Source of the DNA: Paraphysomonas bandaiensis
Taxonomy: Eukaryota; Protista; Chrysophyceae
Reading direction: 5' to 3'
DNA length: 64,000 bases
Assembly: GCA_965644295.1 (NCBI GenBank)
Contig: CBFFRP010000429.1
Location: 62,001 to 126,000 of the forward strand
Part shown: positions 50,596 through 62,468 of the stretch, in pieces
Position numbering within the stretch: position 1 is the first letter of the stretch
How the letters are laid out: each line of letters begins with the position of its first letter
Program-made: the position numbers and the translations under genes
Notes under the pieces: model-generated
Told to the model about the DNA's origin: nothing
Seen by the model: only the letters and a program-made list of their open reading frames with translations
Databases searched by the model: none

Positions 50596-52095
50596 ATGAA
50601 GTCAGCTCGTTTAGTTAAGATAACTTCAAGGCGATTCTCATGTGCATGCAGCAGTAGCAGTAGCAGTAGTAATAATCTGTATGCGTTCAGTGAGGAGTCT
50701 CTTAAGCAGAAGTTATCACAGTTAGGCATCCCCTCCTTTAGAGCCACTCAAGTGCTCAACTGGGTATATGATAATGGAGTGACTGATTTTTCAGAAATGA
50801 GTACTCTTCCTCTGTCTGTGCGAGATATTATGAGAACTCAGTTTAGTTTTGGTTCGTCTGTTGTGTTGCACGAGCAGATATCTAAAGACGGGACACGAAA
50901 GAGAGCACATCAACTCCATGATGGGCAACTCATTGAAGCTGTTTTGATGCCTTATAATGATGGGCGCCGTACGGCCTGTATATCTTCACAAGCTGGCTGT
51001 GCGATGGGATGTACCTTTTGTGCCACTGGTCAAATGGGATTTTCTCGTCAATTGACCAGTGCAGAGATATTTGAACAAGCGGCAATGATAGCGTGTGAGC
51101 TAAAGCGACAAGATCAGCGTTTATCAAATGTGGTTTTCATGGGAATGGTGTGTAGCGTAGATTGTGTACACTTATGTATGTGTTTATGTTCATGATAGGG
51201 GGAACCGCTGAACAACTATGATAATGTCATGACTGCTATAGAGCAAATGCACAGTCTCTTGGGCATAGGCGCGAGACACATTACGGTGAGCACAGTAGGA
51301 ATTGCTCCGAAAATTAGAAGAATGGCTGATGATAAATTACAAGTAAGTTGTTGTGTTCGTTTGGCCAAAGGGTTTGTGACAATTGCACTGCTATATGCAG
51401 GTTGGATTGGCGGTTAGTTTACATCAAGCAAACGATGAGAACAGAAGCCGACTCATGCCAATTAACTGCCGCTTCCCGATTGCTGAGTTAATGGACTCTT
51501 GCAGGTGCCTAACTTAGCAATACTTGGCCAACTGTGATGTAAGTTACTGCTCGTAGATATTATATAGGAAAAACGAATAGGCGTATTTCGTTCGAGTGGG
51601 CATTAATTGAGGGACAAACCGACAGCCCAGAGACTGCACATGAGTTAGGAAGGCTTATTAAGGGTACTGTGTGACATTGTGACTCAATATTTTCGCCGTT
51701 TGATTTTGTGTCAGGAATGCTTTGTCATGTGAATTTGATTCCTTTGAATCCTACTGATAATTTCTCTGGAAAACCCACAAGCAAAGCATCTGTGGATACA
51801 TTTGTTACTATACTGGTAAGTAAGGTAAGCAACTGGTTATACATAATGTCATTCTTGTTGTAGAAATCATATAGCATAACTGCAACCCCCAGAGTTCGAC
51901 GAGGTAAGGCCAGCCGCATCTTGTATATGTAGTATACGATTGTCGAGCATTGGTAGCTGTCATTCTGATACCTAACTGTATGTAGGGATTGATATTGATG
52001 CTGGTTGTGGCCAACTAACTGCGGCTGTTATGAAGAAAAAAGAGAGATTAGCTTTTTTATCGAAACAACGAGAAGATATATCGAGATTTGTTTGA
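50596..52095 (+). CDS. rlmN: Radical-SAM RNA methyltransferase RlmN, probably organelle-targeted
   Basis: [25 protein letters not shown] (CxxxCxxC), VVFMGM|[27 protein letters not shown]; basic Ser-rich N-terminal extension. Confidence 0.93.
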
Positions 52096-52610
52096 GAAAA
52101 ATGTATATAATAATCTATTACCGATGTGTAGATTTCACTTATGTGTTCCATTGTTATTCACAACATACTATTTCCGTCGAATCAACGCATCGGGATGTTG
52201 TTCAGAAGATAGAATAGAGGTTTAATCTTCAATATTCATTCGAAAGTTTTCTTGATAATGTTGCAATGAAGTAATTACGTGTTGTGATTTATTACTTCGT
52301 ATCTCGCTCATGTTAAAGCCACTCTACATGATATACGTATATCATACTCACTCGCAATATCAAGATTATAGTTCCATGTGCTTTTATTATACCAAATAAT
52401 CTCTTTTTATTGTTCAATATGTTTAACATAATCCATATTACCGTAAATCATACAACTTTTTAAAAACAAGTCTCAACGGATAAGAATCAGAACAGTACTC
52501 ATATGAAGAGATGATATTTTATATTCCGAAATCTTCAGACACTACTTATTAAATATAGTGAAATATACGGCAAAAAAACATGTGTAAAGAGGCGGCAAGT
52601 GTGATTTTAG

Positions 52611-53368
52611 CAGGGATAAGGAACAATATATTGCAATGTATTGTAAAATATATTGATTGGTGGACTGGTCAAATATTCAATCAATATTGTTTCTGTTAAA
52701 AGAGCTCACAATACTAATGCAATATATTGCAATCAATATTATGATAGGCATAGAAGTGAAGATTCAACTGTATGGTGCAAATATACGCCTATGTATACAA
52801 ATATCCGGAAAATACAGAGGATGATGAAGCTGAAGTTGGCTATGCGGAAAAAATTCTTCAATCAGCTCAAAATCTTAAGAAACGGAAAGTTGAAATATCT
52901 AAGTACAGGTGCACGAGCCATGTAGTATGTACTTCCCATACATGTGAACGCCTTTTCAGCCCAGCAAAACTGATTATATCAGTGTTGCGCAAACGTATGC
53001 ATCCTATACACTTAATAAGCTGTTGTTTCTGAAAGCTAACCGACAGTTGTGGCCGGATGCAAGCATATTTCAATCAATGTTAAATGAATATGGTAATGAT
53101 GGTGTCACCGATGATGGCTCAGAGGATGAGTATGAGGAAACTTTTAATTAATTAAGAGTAGTGGGTTTGATTATCCAGTGACCTTAGACCTTATAATGGC
53201 AAGTAGTAAAAATGGATACTACGGATGTGTTTACTTTCTGATTACTCATATACTAAAATATTGCAATATATTGAAATAGTATTGTAGGGCCGGTTTAAAA
53301 AATCCATCAATACTATTGATGGAACGCTATCTAACAATAGTATTGCAATATATTGTTTCCTATCCCTG
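52611..53368 (+). mobile_element. Non-autonomous hAT transposon (copy 1)
   Basis: TIRs CAGGGATA(AG/GG)AACAATATATTGCAAT; 8-bp TSD GATTTTAG (52603-52610, 53369-53376); internal remnant of the hATC dimerization domain (TSHTCERLFSPAKLIISVLRKRM). Confidence 0.92.
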
Positions 53369-53685
53369 GATTTTAGAGACAACGTCACTAGGAATTAGGA
53401 ACACATTCAAATAATGTAAACTATCAATCAAAACATACATTTCATGAAACATGTTAACAAGCTCTGTGAAAGGTATCGCTCGTTGTTTCATTAACTGCGT
53501 TACCCACAGTAACTATTAATTGTAAAGAGTATGCCTTATATCTATCAAGATCATCATAAATAGGGAAGTTTTTACTGAAAATCTCGTTGCAAATATTATC
53601 CTGTGTTTTTCATTGCATGACACTCTATGATTGTATGGAACGGTATGGCACCTCATATCTAGAGATTTTATGATATGGTGATAGA

Positions 53686-54083
53686 TACTCACACCGTTAC
53701 ATACCACTGTACATGCACTTTTCAGTTGAATCATGTATACATGGACAGCAGTTGTGATGTAGATGCAATAGCGGTAGACCCACTGCGAAAACAAGAGTAC
53801 AGTGGACATCAATTCAAAATCCTTCATTGTCGAATGATTCTGGTCTGCCTCTTACCTTCTTGAACAATTCTCTCTTCAGTTGCTTGTCTTTCCATGTCTG
53901 ATCATATAACAAGCAATACTTTTCTTTTCCTCAGCAGAAAAGTGATGTCCATTGTACTCTCGTTTCTGTCGCAGTAGTTCTACTGCTATTGCATCTACTT
54001 CACAACTGCTGTCCATGCAGATGATAGAGAGGAGGATATAAAGCTGGACATGCACGCTGGATTTTACGGACGGTGTGGTATAC
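53686..54083. repeat. Diverged inverted duplication (~130-bp arms), probable transposase 5' remnant
   Basis: Arms encode MDSSCDVDAIAVDPLRKQEYSGHQF (+) and MDSSCEVDAIAVELLRQKREYNGHHF (-). Confidence 0.75.
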
Positions 54084-54382
54084 ACTGTACTCTCTACAGT
54101 GTCATGGACTACAGAGAAATATCTCGGAAATTTAGCAGGATGACATCACTCCAGTTTCCTCTCAATATCGTATTCTAAAATTGCCATATTTTTGACTCTA
54201 AGTCATTGTTCGAATATTCTGTTTTTCTATTCATAATGCCAGCTGATCGAAGAAAATACCGATTTTCAGGTGGTTTGAATGTATTTCAGAATCATAATTT
54301 AAGAGTTGTGAAAAGCGACGAGTGTAAAAAAACAAACAAGATCTAACAGCCACACTACAGTGTACCAATCCAATCACTAACA

Positions 54383-54790
54383 ATGTCAATGTCATTGATG
54401 CGAACTGATCCTTTCTACCTGGATGCATTTAGCCCTATGGAAACATCTATTGGGGGTCTTGCTCCCACCTCTAAAATGCAGCCTCTTCTGGATTGTAATT
54501 TGATTGAGACAGATGAAGATTATCATATTCGAGCAGAGCTGCCTGGAGTAGAAGAGAAAGATCTCGACATCTCCATTGAGAATAACCGCTTAATCCTCAG
54601 AGGGGATAAGGAAAAGAAAAAGGAGATTGATGGAGACCACGAGCATATCGTTGAGAAGAGCTCTGGTCATGTTCAGAAAGCCTTGCATCTTCCTCAAGCA
54701 GCTGACGTGGACAATTGCAATGCTACATTCAAAGATGGAGTGCTCACTGTATCATTTCCTAAACTTTCGGATTCTAAACTGAAGAATTAA
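54383..54790 (+). CDS. Small heat-shock protein (Hsp20/alpha-crystallin)
   Basis: ETDEDYHIRAELPGV..KDLDISIENNRLILRG, LP..ADVD...ATFKDGVLTVSFPK. Confidence 0.93.
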   Translation: MSMSLMRTDPFYLDAFSPMETSIGGLAPTSKMQPLLDCNLIETDEDYHIRAELPGVEEKDLDISIENNRLILRGDKEKKKEIDGDHEHIVEKSSGHVQKALHLPQAADVDNCNATFKDGVLTVSFPKLSDSKLKN

Positions 54791-55209
54791 GCATTCAGAC
54801 ATCTTCTGAGCGTTATTAAATGTAGGGTTCATTATGACCGTACAGTGTTGAGTTTAAGGCGTGGTAATCACCGATAGCCAATCATTTTTATGCATATATT
54901 ATTCAATGTAGCTAGCTATTTAATGATGAGTAGTGGGACTAGGAAGTTTTCTTAGGACCTTGTAAAAATGAAGGGAATTTTAAGTATGCATTGTTTGTCA
55001 AGCAACGACCACCCTTGAGGAAATAGTCGAATACAAATATGTCTTGACCAAGGAAACGGAGTAGTGGTGTGTCAGCTTTGTAGCACTCCAGTTTAGAGTA
55101 GGGAAGCATTACAGTTATGGCTACGTCGGAAAAAAATACAGCCTATAATCTATCATCTCTTGAGCAAAGGGGAATTCGAATGTAGCATGACCAGGGCTAG
55201 GAAACAGGA

Positions 55210-55507
55210 TATAGGAAAGTCTGATTATTACATGAGAACGGTTGTGTACAGAAACTAGTTTATAACTATAGACTAGATTTGCTAAATACTACTAGTGGCG
55301 GGCAACCGTCTCGGGACTGCTTGTGCATCGCTGCGAGCACCATGGTGAAACCGTCCCTTGTATTGAGGTTAGTCGGGGGGTCTACCTTTGGGCAATGTGT
55401 CTGGCGGGCCTGTGCCATGGATTATGTCAGGGGTGGATGAGGCGAGATGTATATGAGAGTGTAAGTCGGTGGTGGAGATGGTGCTGGTTGTTGAGGTGGG
55501 GTTTCGG
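55210..55507 (-). mobile_element. Retroposon-like insertion (copy 2) flanked by a 59-bp direct duplication
   Basis: Reverse complement of 4696-5008; flanks 55151-55209 and 55508-55566 are identical except for one base. Confidence 0.8.
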
Positions 55508-55548
55508 TATCATATCTTGAGCAAAGGGGAATTCGAATGTAGCATGAC

Positions 55549-56288
55549 CAGGGCTAGGAAACAGGAAACAATATATTGAATTGCAATAAAATATATTGAT
55601 TGGTCGACCGGCCAAAAATCCCATCAATATTGTTTCTGTTAAAGTACCTCACAATATATTGCAATATATTGCAATCAATATTATTATAGCCATATAAGAG
55701 AAGATTCTCAACTGTAGGGTGCAAAATGAATATAAATAACCGAGAAATTGATTACAACATTACAGAGGATGATGAAGCTGATGTTGACTATGCGAATAAA
55801 ATCGTCCTACAGCTCAAAAAATTAAGAAACGTTCAGATCCACGAGTCATTAACGGTTGCCAAGTCCTGGTATGTACTTCCAATACATGGGAACGTCTGTT
55901 CAGCACATCTAAACATCTTATATCAGTGTTGCGCAAAAGTATCCATCCAACTTAATATGCTGTTGTTTCTGAAAGCTATTCGACAGTTGTGGCCGGATAC
56001 TAGCATATTGCACTTCATCCTGTGGATGAATATGGTGATGTTGACGTCACCGATGATGGCTCAGAGGATGAGGACGAGGTGGATTTTTATTAGCTATTTG
56101 GTTGTCATGTGATCTTAATGATTAATACTAAAAATAGAATCTACGGATGTGTTTACTTACTGATTAGTCATACTAATATATTGCAATATATTGTAATTGT
56201 ATTGTTGGGCCTGTTTAAAGTCTCCATCAATAGTATTGATTGAACGCTCTATAACAATAGTATTGCAATATATTGTTTCCTAGCCCTG
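55549..56288 (+). mobile_element. Non-autonomous hAT transposon (copy 2, same family as 52611-53368)
   Basis: TIRs CAGGGCTAGGAAAC...; 8-bp TSD AGCATGAC (55541-55548, 56289-56296); internal sequence similar to copy 1. Confidence 0.9.
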
Positions 56289-56398
56289 AGCATGACAGCC
56301 ACATCATATTCATGTTCAAGTAAGCGATTCCATTCATTATTGTAGAATAATAGATACACAGAAATCCAGAAAATGCGTTAAAAATTATGACTAACTGG

Positions 56399-57850
56399 CT
56401 ATATAGAAAATACATCTACTTCTTCTTCATCATCGTAGTCATTTTCGCTATCTTTTCCATTGTTACTACCACCATAGAGTAAACCGGATAAAGAATGTGT
56501 CGAAGACGACAATTTCTGAGCATCTCTAACATGAGAACTTGCTCTAGTGGAGGGTTCAGATGGGGGAACAAAATACACGTATGTCATATACATGGCAAGG
56601 CCAAATACAGATCCCACAAATGCCCACAAAACCAGAGTGCCAGAAGTAATGCCAGTAGAATCCCCTGATCCAACTACAGAACGGCCATCATATCCCATAA
56701 ACTTAAATGAATTGTCAGTAGAAACAGTGCTAAATGCAGAGATTGAGGCATCCAAGACAGTCACACCAAGCAGCGATGCCGTAGAGTGCATACATATATG
56801 CATCTTGCTGTCGATGGTCAACACCTCGCTACGCTCATCTTCAGCAGGGCCACGCTCACCAGACCAATCATAATCTGGGGCCTCTGGTCCACCGTCTTCT
56901 GGGCCGCCGTCTTCTGGTCCACCGTCTTCTGGCCCACCATCCTCAGGCCCGCCATCTTCTGGTCCACCGTCCTCTGGCCCACCATCCTCAGGCCCACCAT
57001 CTTCTGGTCCACCAGCTTCAGGTCCGCCATCCTCAGGCCCACCTTGAAGTTTTCTAACTGGGTGTCCTATCTCTCCTCCGTCATTCGGTGGTCCAATATG
57101 TTCGACATCTCGCCTGCACTGTGCGTTGTTGAAAAATTGTCCAGATATTATATTCCTGTTATTCAGATGTGATGTTGATAGGTCAAAGGACAGAAAACTA
57201 TACACTTACGCTGACTGAGAAGAGGTTTCAGACACCTCTCGTGAGAAACGAGCAAAGAGCTCTGTGCTCGTTGAGGATTCAATGGCAGGGTAGTACAAGC
57301 ATGTGTCTGGAGCAAACTGTATCTCATCAGTTAAAACAATACAATCAAGGAACAAACCACTAACCAATTCCACCACAGATGGCGATTTCAAACATTCATT
57401 CTCCGAGTTAGAATAATGCGTGAAAGCTATTTTCTCTGATTGAAAAGCATTGTAATATGACCTTGGATGCTTGTTTGCCGCTATTCCCCCGCAAAACAAC
57501 TGAACAGATTGAAAATTCGTTTGAGATTTCATGGCATAGACAAGTTTCTGGCACGATCCATCCCCTCCATAGTTCTGTAATATAGTAGACTTATTTCCTG
57601 TCATCTGTCTACATGTATTGTCTGTGTACTGAGCATACAGCACACTACCAGTGGAAGAATCGCATGTAAACTTGAAGTAATCAATAGCGGCGTCATCGTC
57701 AGCATAGAATGCGGTGCACTGACCACTGTACGCCCTGAAGAGCTCTTGCCCCTTGCAGTAAGCATCTTTAGAAAATGCAATGACTGCAGCCTCGCCTTTG
57801 CCATGAACAGTGTGTAGACCAAACACTAACAGCGCGATAGTTATGATCAT
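56399..57850 (-). CDS. Type I membrane protein: signal peptide, Cys-rich ectodomain, acidic (GGPED)n stalk, TM, acidic tail
   Basis: ORFs 57850-57206 and 57205-56399 join across a GTAAGT...AACAG intron (SQSA|NIISG); TM GTLVLWAFVGSVFGLAMYMTYVYFV. Confidence 0.8.
56882..57044 (-). repeat. ~11 x 15-bp coding repeat (GGPED)
   Basis: Variants of TCTTCTGGTCCACCG on the + strand. Confidence 0.9.
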
Positions 57851-58548
57851 AGTTTATATCTGTATCAGAGGGATATCAGAGTACGGTTATCGTTGACAAG
57901 ACCTATATATACAGAGATAGCAAGAAAAGCATACGCTGGTGGCAGAATAACCCTCGACCACTCACTCTTATCTCTTGTAGGTATAGTGCTGGGCTATTTA
58001 TCTAATATGAGGGCAGGTTACTGTGCTATGCTCTGTACTCTGCTGTACATAACCCCTCTAATGTATACCCCGTACAGCAGGCTGTATTCCACGCAACAGA
58101 AATATACGGTATACAGCAGTGTGAAATTTTCAATATCAACAAAAATAGAGGAAAACCCTTGGTTTTATTTATTCCATCAACAGAAATAGTGGAAAACCTT
58201 TGGTTTTATTTCAGAGTCACTGTGTATGTGTATATATATACAGTATGTACAGTGGCTGGCCCCTACGAGGACCTGAAATGGGCGCACCTTGTAGGGGCCA
58301 CCTTGTAGGAGCCAGCCTCTGTACGTATATGTCTATGTACGTATGCACTGAGGGTAGTGCGGTATCTATATGTATATTCTGCTGTATATTTTCATATCTA
58401 TGTACCTGTGTATGTGTCCAGATCTCTCCTGGCTATCTATGCATATCTAGATATATATGACATACCTGCGCTGCTGTTATATTCAGCAGGTGGAGACGGA
58501 CAGCACCCCTAACACTTTCAACCCCACAATCTCATTCTATATCCCCTA

Positions 58549-61500
58549 ATGGCAGATGAATACCGGGTACTGCTCATATGTATGATACACATGCGCTCAC
58601 AGCACGCTGTTACACTATCCAGGTGGGGGTATATGAGGCTATAGCAGAGTACACATCTATCGACCCAAAGAGTGCTCTCTATATCACTATATGTATAGTC
58701 ATATTGTGTGATATCGGATGTGCTGTGGGCTTATGTGCGGAGCTCAACAGATGGCCCACACTCAGCTCTGCGTCCCTCTCAGTGTATTTTTATAATGAAT
58801 CAATAGACTGCTTACTGTTAGCTCTAATTCGATCTATTTTTTTACCACTCATTGCATGGGCGGCAGTTCAAAGTGGGAGAGTTGACTCAACTAATGAAAT
58901 AGTTTCATGCAAATGCTTTAAATGTTTTTATCGTGGTCACTACTCTCGAGCCAGCTATAAATCTGATGATAAAAATGAATACAGTGGACGATATACCTGG
59001 GATAGTCATGGGGCTGATACCGGACAACCACTTTTACAACATCCCAGTGATGGAAACTGTGATTCTTCTGATAGTGTGAGTGTAGTAGAGTATCTATGGA
59101 AGCGCTGTTACGACTGTACGATTTAGCCTTCAGCAGAAGGGTACGAAGCCGAAGATGCTGCTAAGAGGATAGAGTTGGAAATTATTGAAAGTAATAAACT
59201 CTCTATCTCAAAGTAATGATATCTCCTCTTGTAAAGCGTTATTTTCATTAACGAGTATATGTAATGCAGATCCAGCGCGGCTTTTAGACAGAATATTTTG
59301 CTGGCGGTACTGTTCTCGCTGTCAGTTGGGACTCAGGTAGCTCACTTGTGTAGTGTTCCATGAAAACGTGTAAATTCGAGCCTGTTGTAAAGGTGTATGT
59401 GGGTCTCAAATGTATATCATTCCATTACCCATCTGAACGCAATCGAATGAATCGTGTCGGCGCATTGATGGGTCTCGCCGTTCTTTGGGCTAACGTTCTC
59501 TCTTGGAGTTTGCGCGAGCTGGTCAGCAAGGGTTACAGGGAAGATGGTATGCTTGTTCCATCTCTTCATCCTCATAGGTAAAGTTTTGCTGTCTATTCTA
59601 TTTTAATATGTACTGACATATTCATGAATAGACTCCACCTGCATGCGACTATGGCGGGACATTGGTGTGATGTATGTTCCACTCAAATTAAGGATGGGCG
59701 TGCTTTTCGCTGTAAACTTTGTGATTTTGATCTTTGCGTACGATGCTATTCCCGCAAGGACAAACTTACCATGGAAGGTATAATTAGGGGGGACAAAGGT
59801 GCTAGACAGGTAGGTGTATTTCGAGACCTAGATGTACAACAATCATTTTTGCTCTTCCAGGACGCGGAATTGTCCAGTATTGAATACTTTGAAAGGGCCA
59901 TCCGCCTTGTTAGGACTGAGTGGATTCTTTTTGCAGTGGCAATGCTATCCTTGTGTGCCTTTAATTTATTTAGTCTTACTCTTCCGAAGCTTCAAGGCTC
60001 TATTCTCGACGCTGTTGTGAGAGACAAGGAAGTTAAATTTAATCGATATGTGCAATATTATTTGTACGTGTCTCTTGCTACCGGAATGTTTGGGGGTCTA
60101 CAAAGTTTGTTTTTTAGTATCGTTGGGAGAAAATTGGCGAAGACTATTCGATGCCAGCTGTTTAAGGGCATTATTCTACAAGTGTGATTTTATTGTAAAC
60201 TCTTCATATTATGTTGTTATTCTATGTAAAATGCATTTATGTAATACTTTTGTCATTAGGATGTTGCTTTTTTTGATGGAAATTCATCTGGTAATCTTTC
60301 CTCTCGTCTGACGAACGACGTCAGTTTTATGGTATGACTAGATTTATATAGTTTTAACACTGATTACATGTTGGTTCAGGTGCAACCAATACAAAGCATG
60401 TTGGGGTCATTAGTGAGCAATTCTATTCTTTTAGTTGGAGGAGTAGTTCTATGCTTTTATACCTCATGGAGACTATCGATGTTGGCCTTCACAACTGTCG
60501 GTCCTATAGTTCACATTACCCAGGTAATAGCGCAGTTATCTTATCAAGTAGTATTGTGTGAAATTCAATACACGCAGGTATATGCTCGCTGGAGTAGTCA
60601 TCTTAATAGGCAGATATTCTCAGCCTTAGCATCTGCCAATGGGTTTGCAGTTGAGGCTTTATCAAACATTCGTACAGTTAAAGCGTTTAGCACAGAAGAA
60701 TTAGAAACTAAGAAATACTCAAATGGAATACTCACTGCATTGGAAAGAGGGTACGATGATTTTAAGAATAGTCTTAGTTGTGTGGTTTCATATTGCTAGA
60801 AGTGTTCTTACACTAAGTGTATTCTAAGTAAAATGTTTTGTAGCATAAAGGATGCCGTGGGAGGTGCAGGAATGTATACTATGAACTCATATCTTGATCT
60901 TGGTGCGGGAGTTCTCATTCTTTGGTACGGAGGAAGACTAGCAATGGACCATGAAGGGGGGTTGACGCCAGGACAACTTATTACATTTCAATTATACTGG
61001 AATATGATAAACAGTGCTTATAAGGTATATTATATTTAGTTTGATTTCATATCCATTATAGTTTGAGCATACGTCTGATCTGGAGTATGAGATACTAATT
61101 TTAATATATTAGGGGCTAATTGATATACTCACAAACTTCACTCGTGCCGCTGGGGCTGCCTCACGAGTTTTTGCTCTTATGGATTCTCTTCCCGATATTG
61201 ACGTCGATGCAGGGGAGCATGTCCAGAGGGATGATATTCAAGGCCATATCGAATTCCGTGATGTGTGCTTTTCATATCAAATGCGGCCTCACCACAAAGT
61301 TAGTTTTGTTTAGTACAACAAACGTGTAATACATGATGCAGGTGCTGGAGGGCGTCAGCATATCCATTCCACCAGGATCTACATGTACTATTATGCTATA
61401 TCATCGTATGAGTGTAAGGTTCTTAAGATTTACATGTCAGGCGCCTTGGTAGGAAAATCGGGCGGCGGAAAGACGACTATGGTCAATCTTATTCTGAGGC

Positions 61501-62468
61501 ATGGTTAATTTTCATGGAGTATTGAGTGTATATCATATTTTGAATGTGATATAGGTTTTATGATCCACAAATGGGTTCAGTGTTGTTGGACGGGAAAGAT
61601 TTGAGGAAATTTTGCCTCAAAGATGTCAGAAAACAAATTGGTCAGTGAACTTTTAACGTTAATTTAGCATTAAAATGCACACACAGGTGAGGTATCTCAG
61701 AACACTGAACTCTTTGCTTGTTCCATTGAAGAAAACATTGCTTACGGAATGGAGCCTGGGTCTTGGTCACGGTAGTATAGCTTTTGAATCGTATTTCGGA
61801 ATAATTATGAATGTTAATGCAGTCAGGATGTTATAGCTGCTGCGAAGAAAGCATGTGCCCATGAATTTATTTGTGAGATGTCTGAAGGCTACGCCACTCG
61901 CGTAGGTGAAAGAGGGACAAGAATAAGCGGGGGACAGAAGCAGGTACAGCTTTATGGATATACAGATATTGCTGCGCGATAACATAGCTTCAGTATACTA
62001 ACTCTATTTTGCAGCGCATAGGTACACTTTTCTCCTGTGGCAATGAGAGACGCTAATAAGTACATAAATGCAGCCATAGCTCGAGTATTTCTTCGTAAAC
62101 CACGCATTCTACTTCTTGATGAAGCAACTTCCTCTCTCGATGCGGAAAGCGAAAGCAAGGTTCTAGCGATCATGCGTTGTGTGGTACACGTTATAGTAAG
62201 TGGAATATACTTGCAGGTACAAGAAGCATTGGACCGTCTCATAAGTGAAGGAGGTGCAACAGTTGTCCTCGTAGCTCATCGACTGTCGACTGTTGTGAAC
62301 GCAGATCAAATTGCTGTTGTCGGAGAAGGAAGAGTTGTTGAGATGGGAACACATGATTCCCTGATAGAAGCAGATGGAGCGTATGCAGCATTAGTGAAGA
62401 AACAACTGGCCAAACGTAACTCAGTTGTAGATGCTGATTCTGTAGTTGGTGAATATGACTGTAGCTAA
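58549..62468 (+). CDS. ABCB half-transporter (TAP/ABCB9-like) with N-terminal TM extension and internal zinc finger
   Basis: Many exons. QDVAFFD...[18 protein letters not shown], Walker [10 protein letters not shown], signature ISGGQKQRIAIAR, Walker [20 protein letters not shown]. Confidence 0.92.

Noticed and set aside
54205-54225. Heat-shock element upstream of Hsp20
   Set aside because: Only one GAAnnTTC pair; too short to support.
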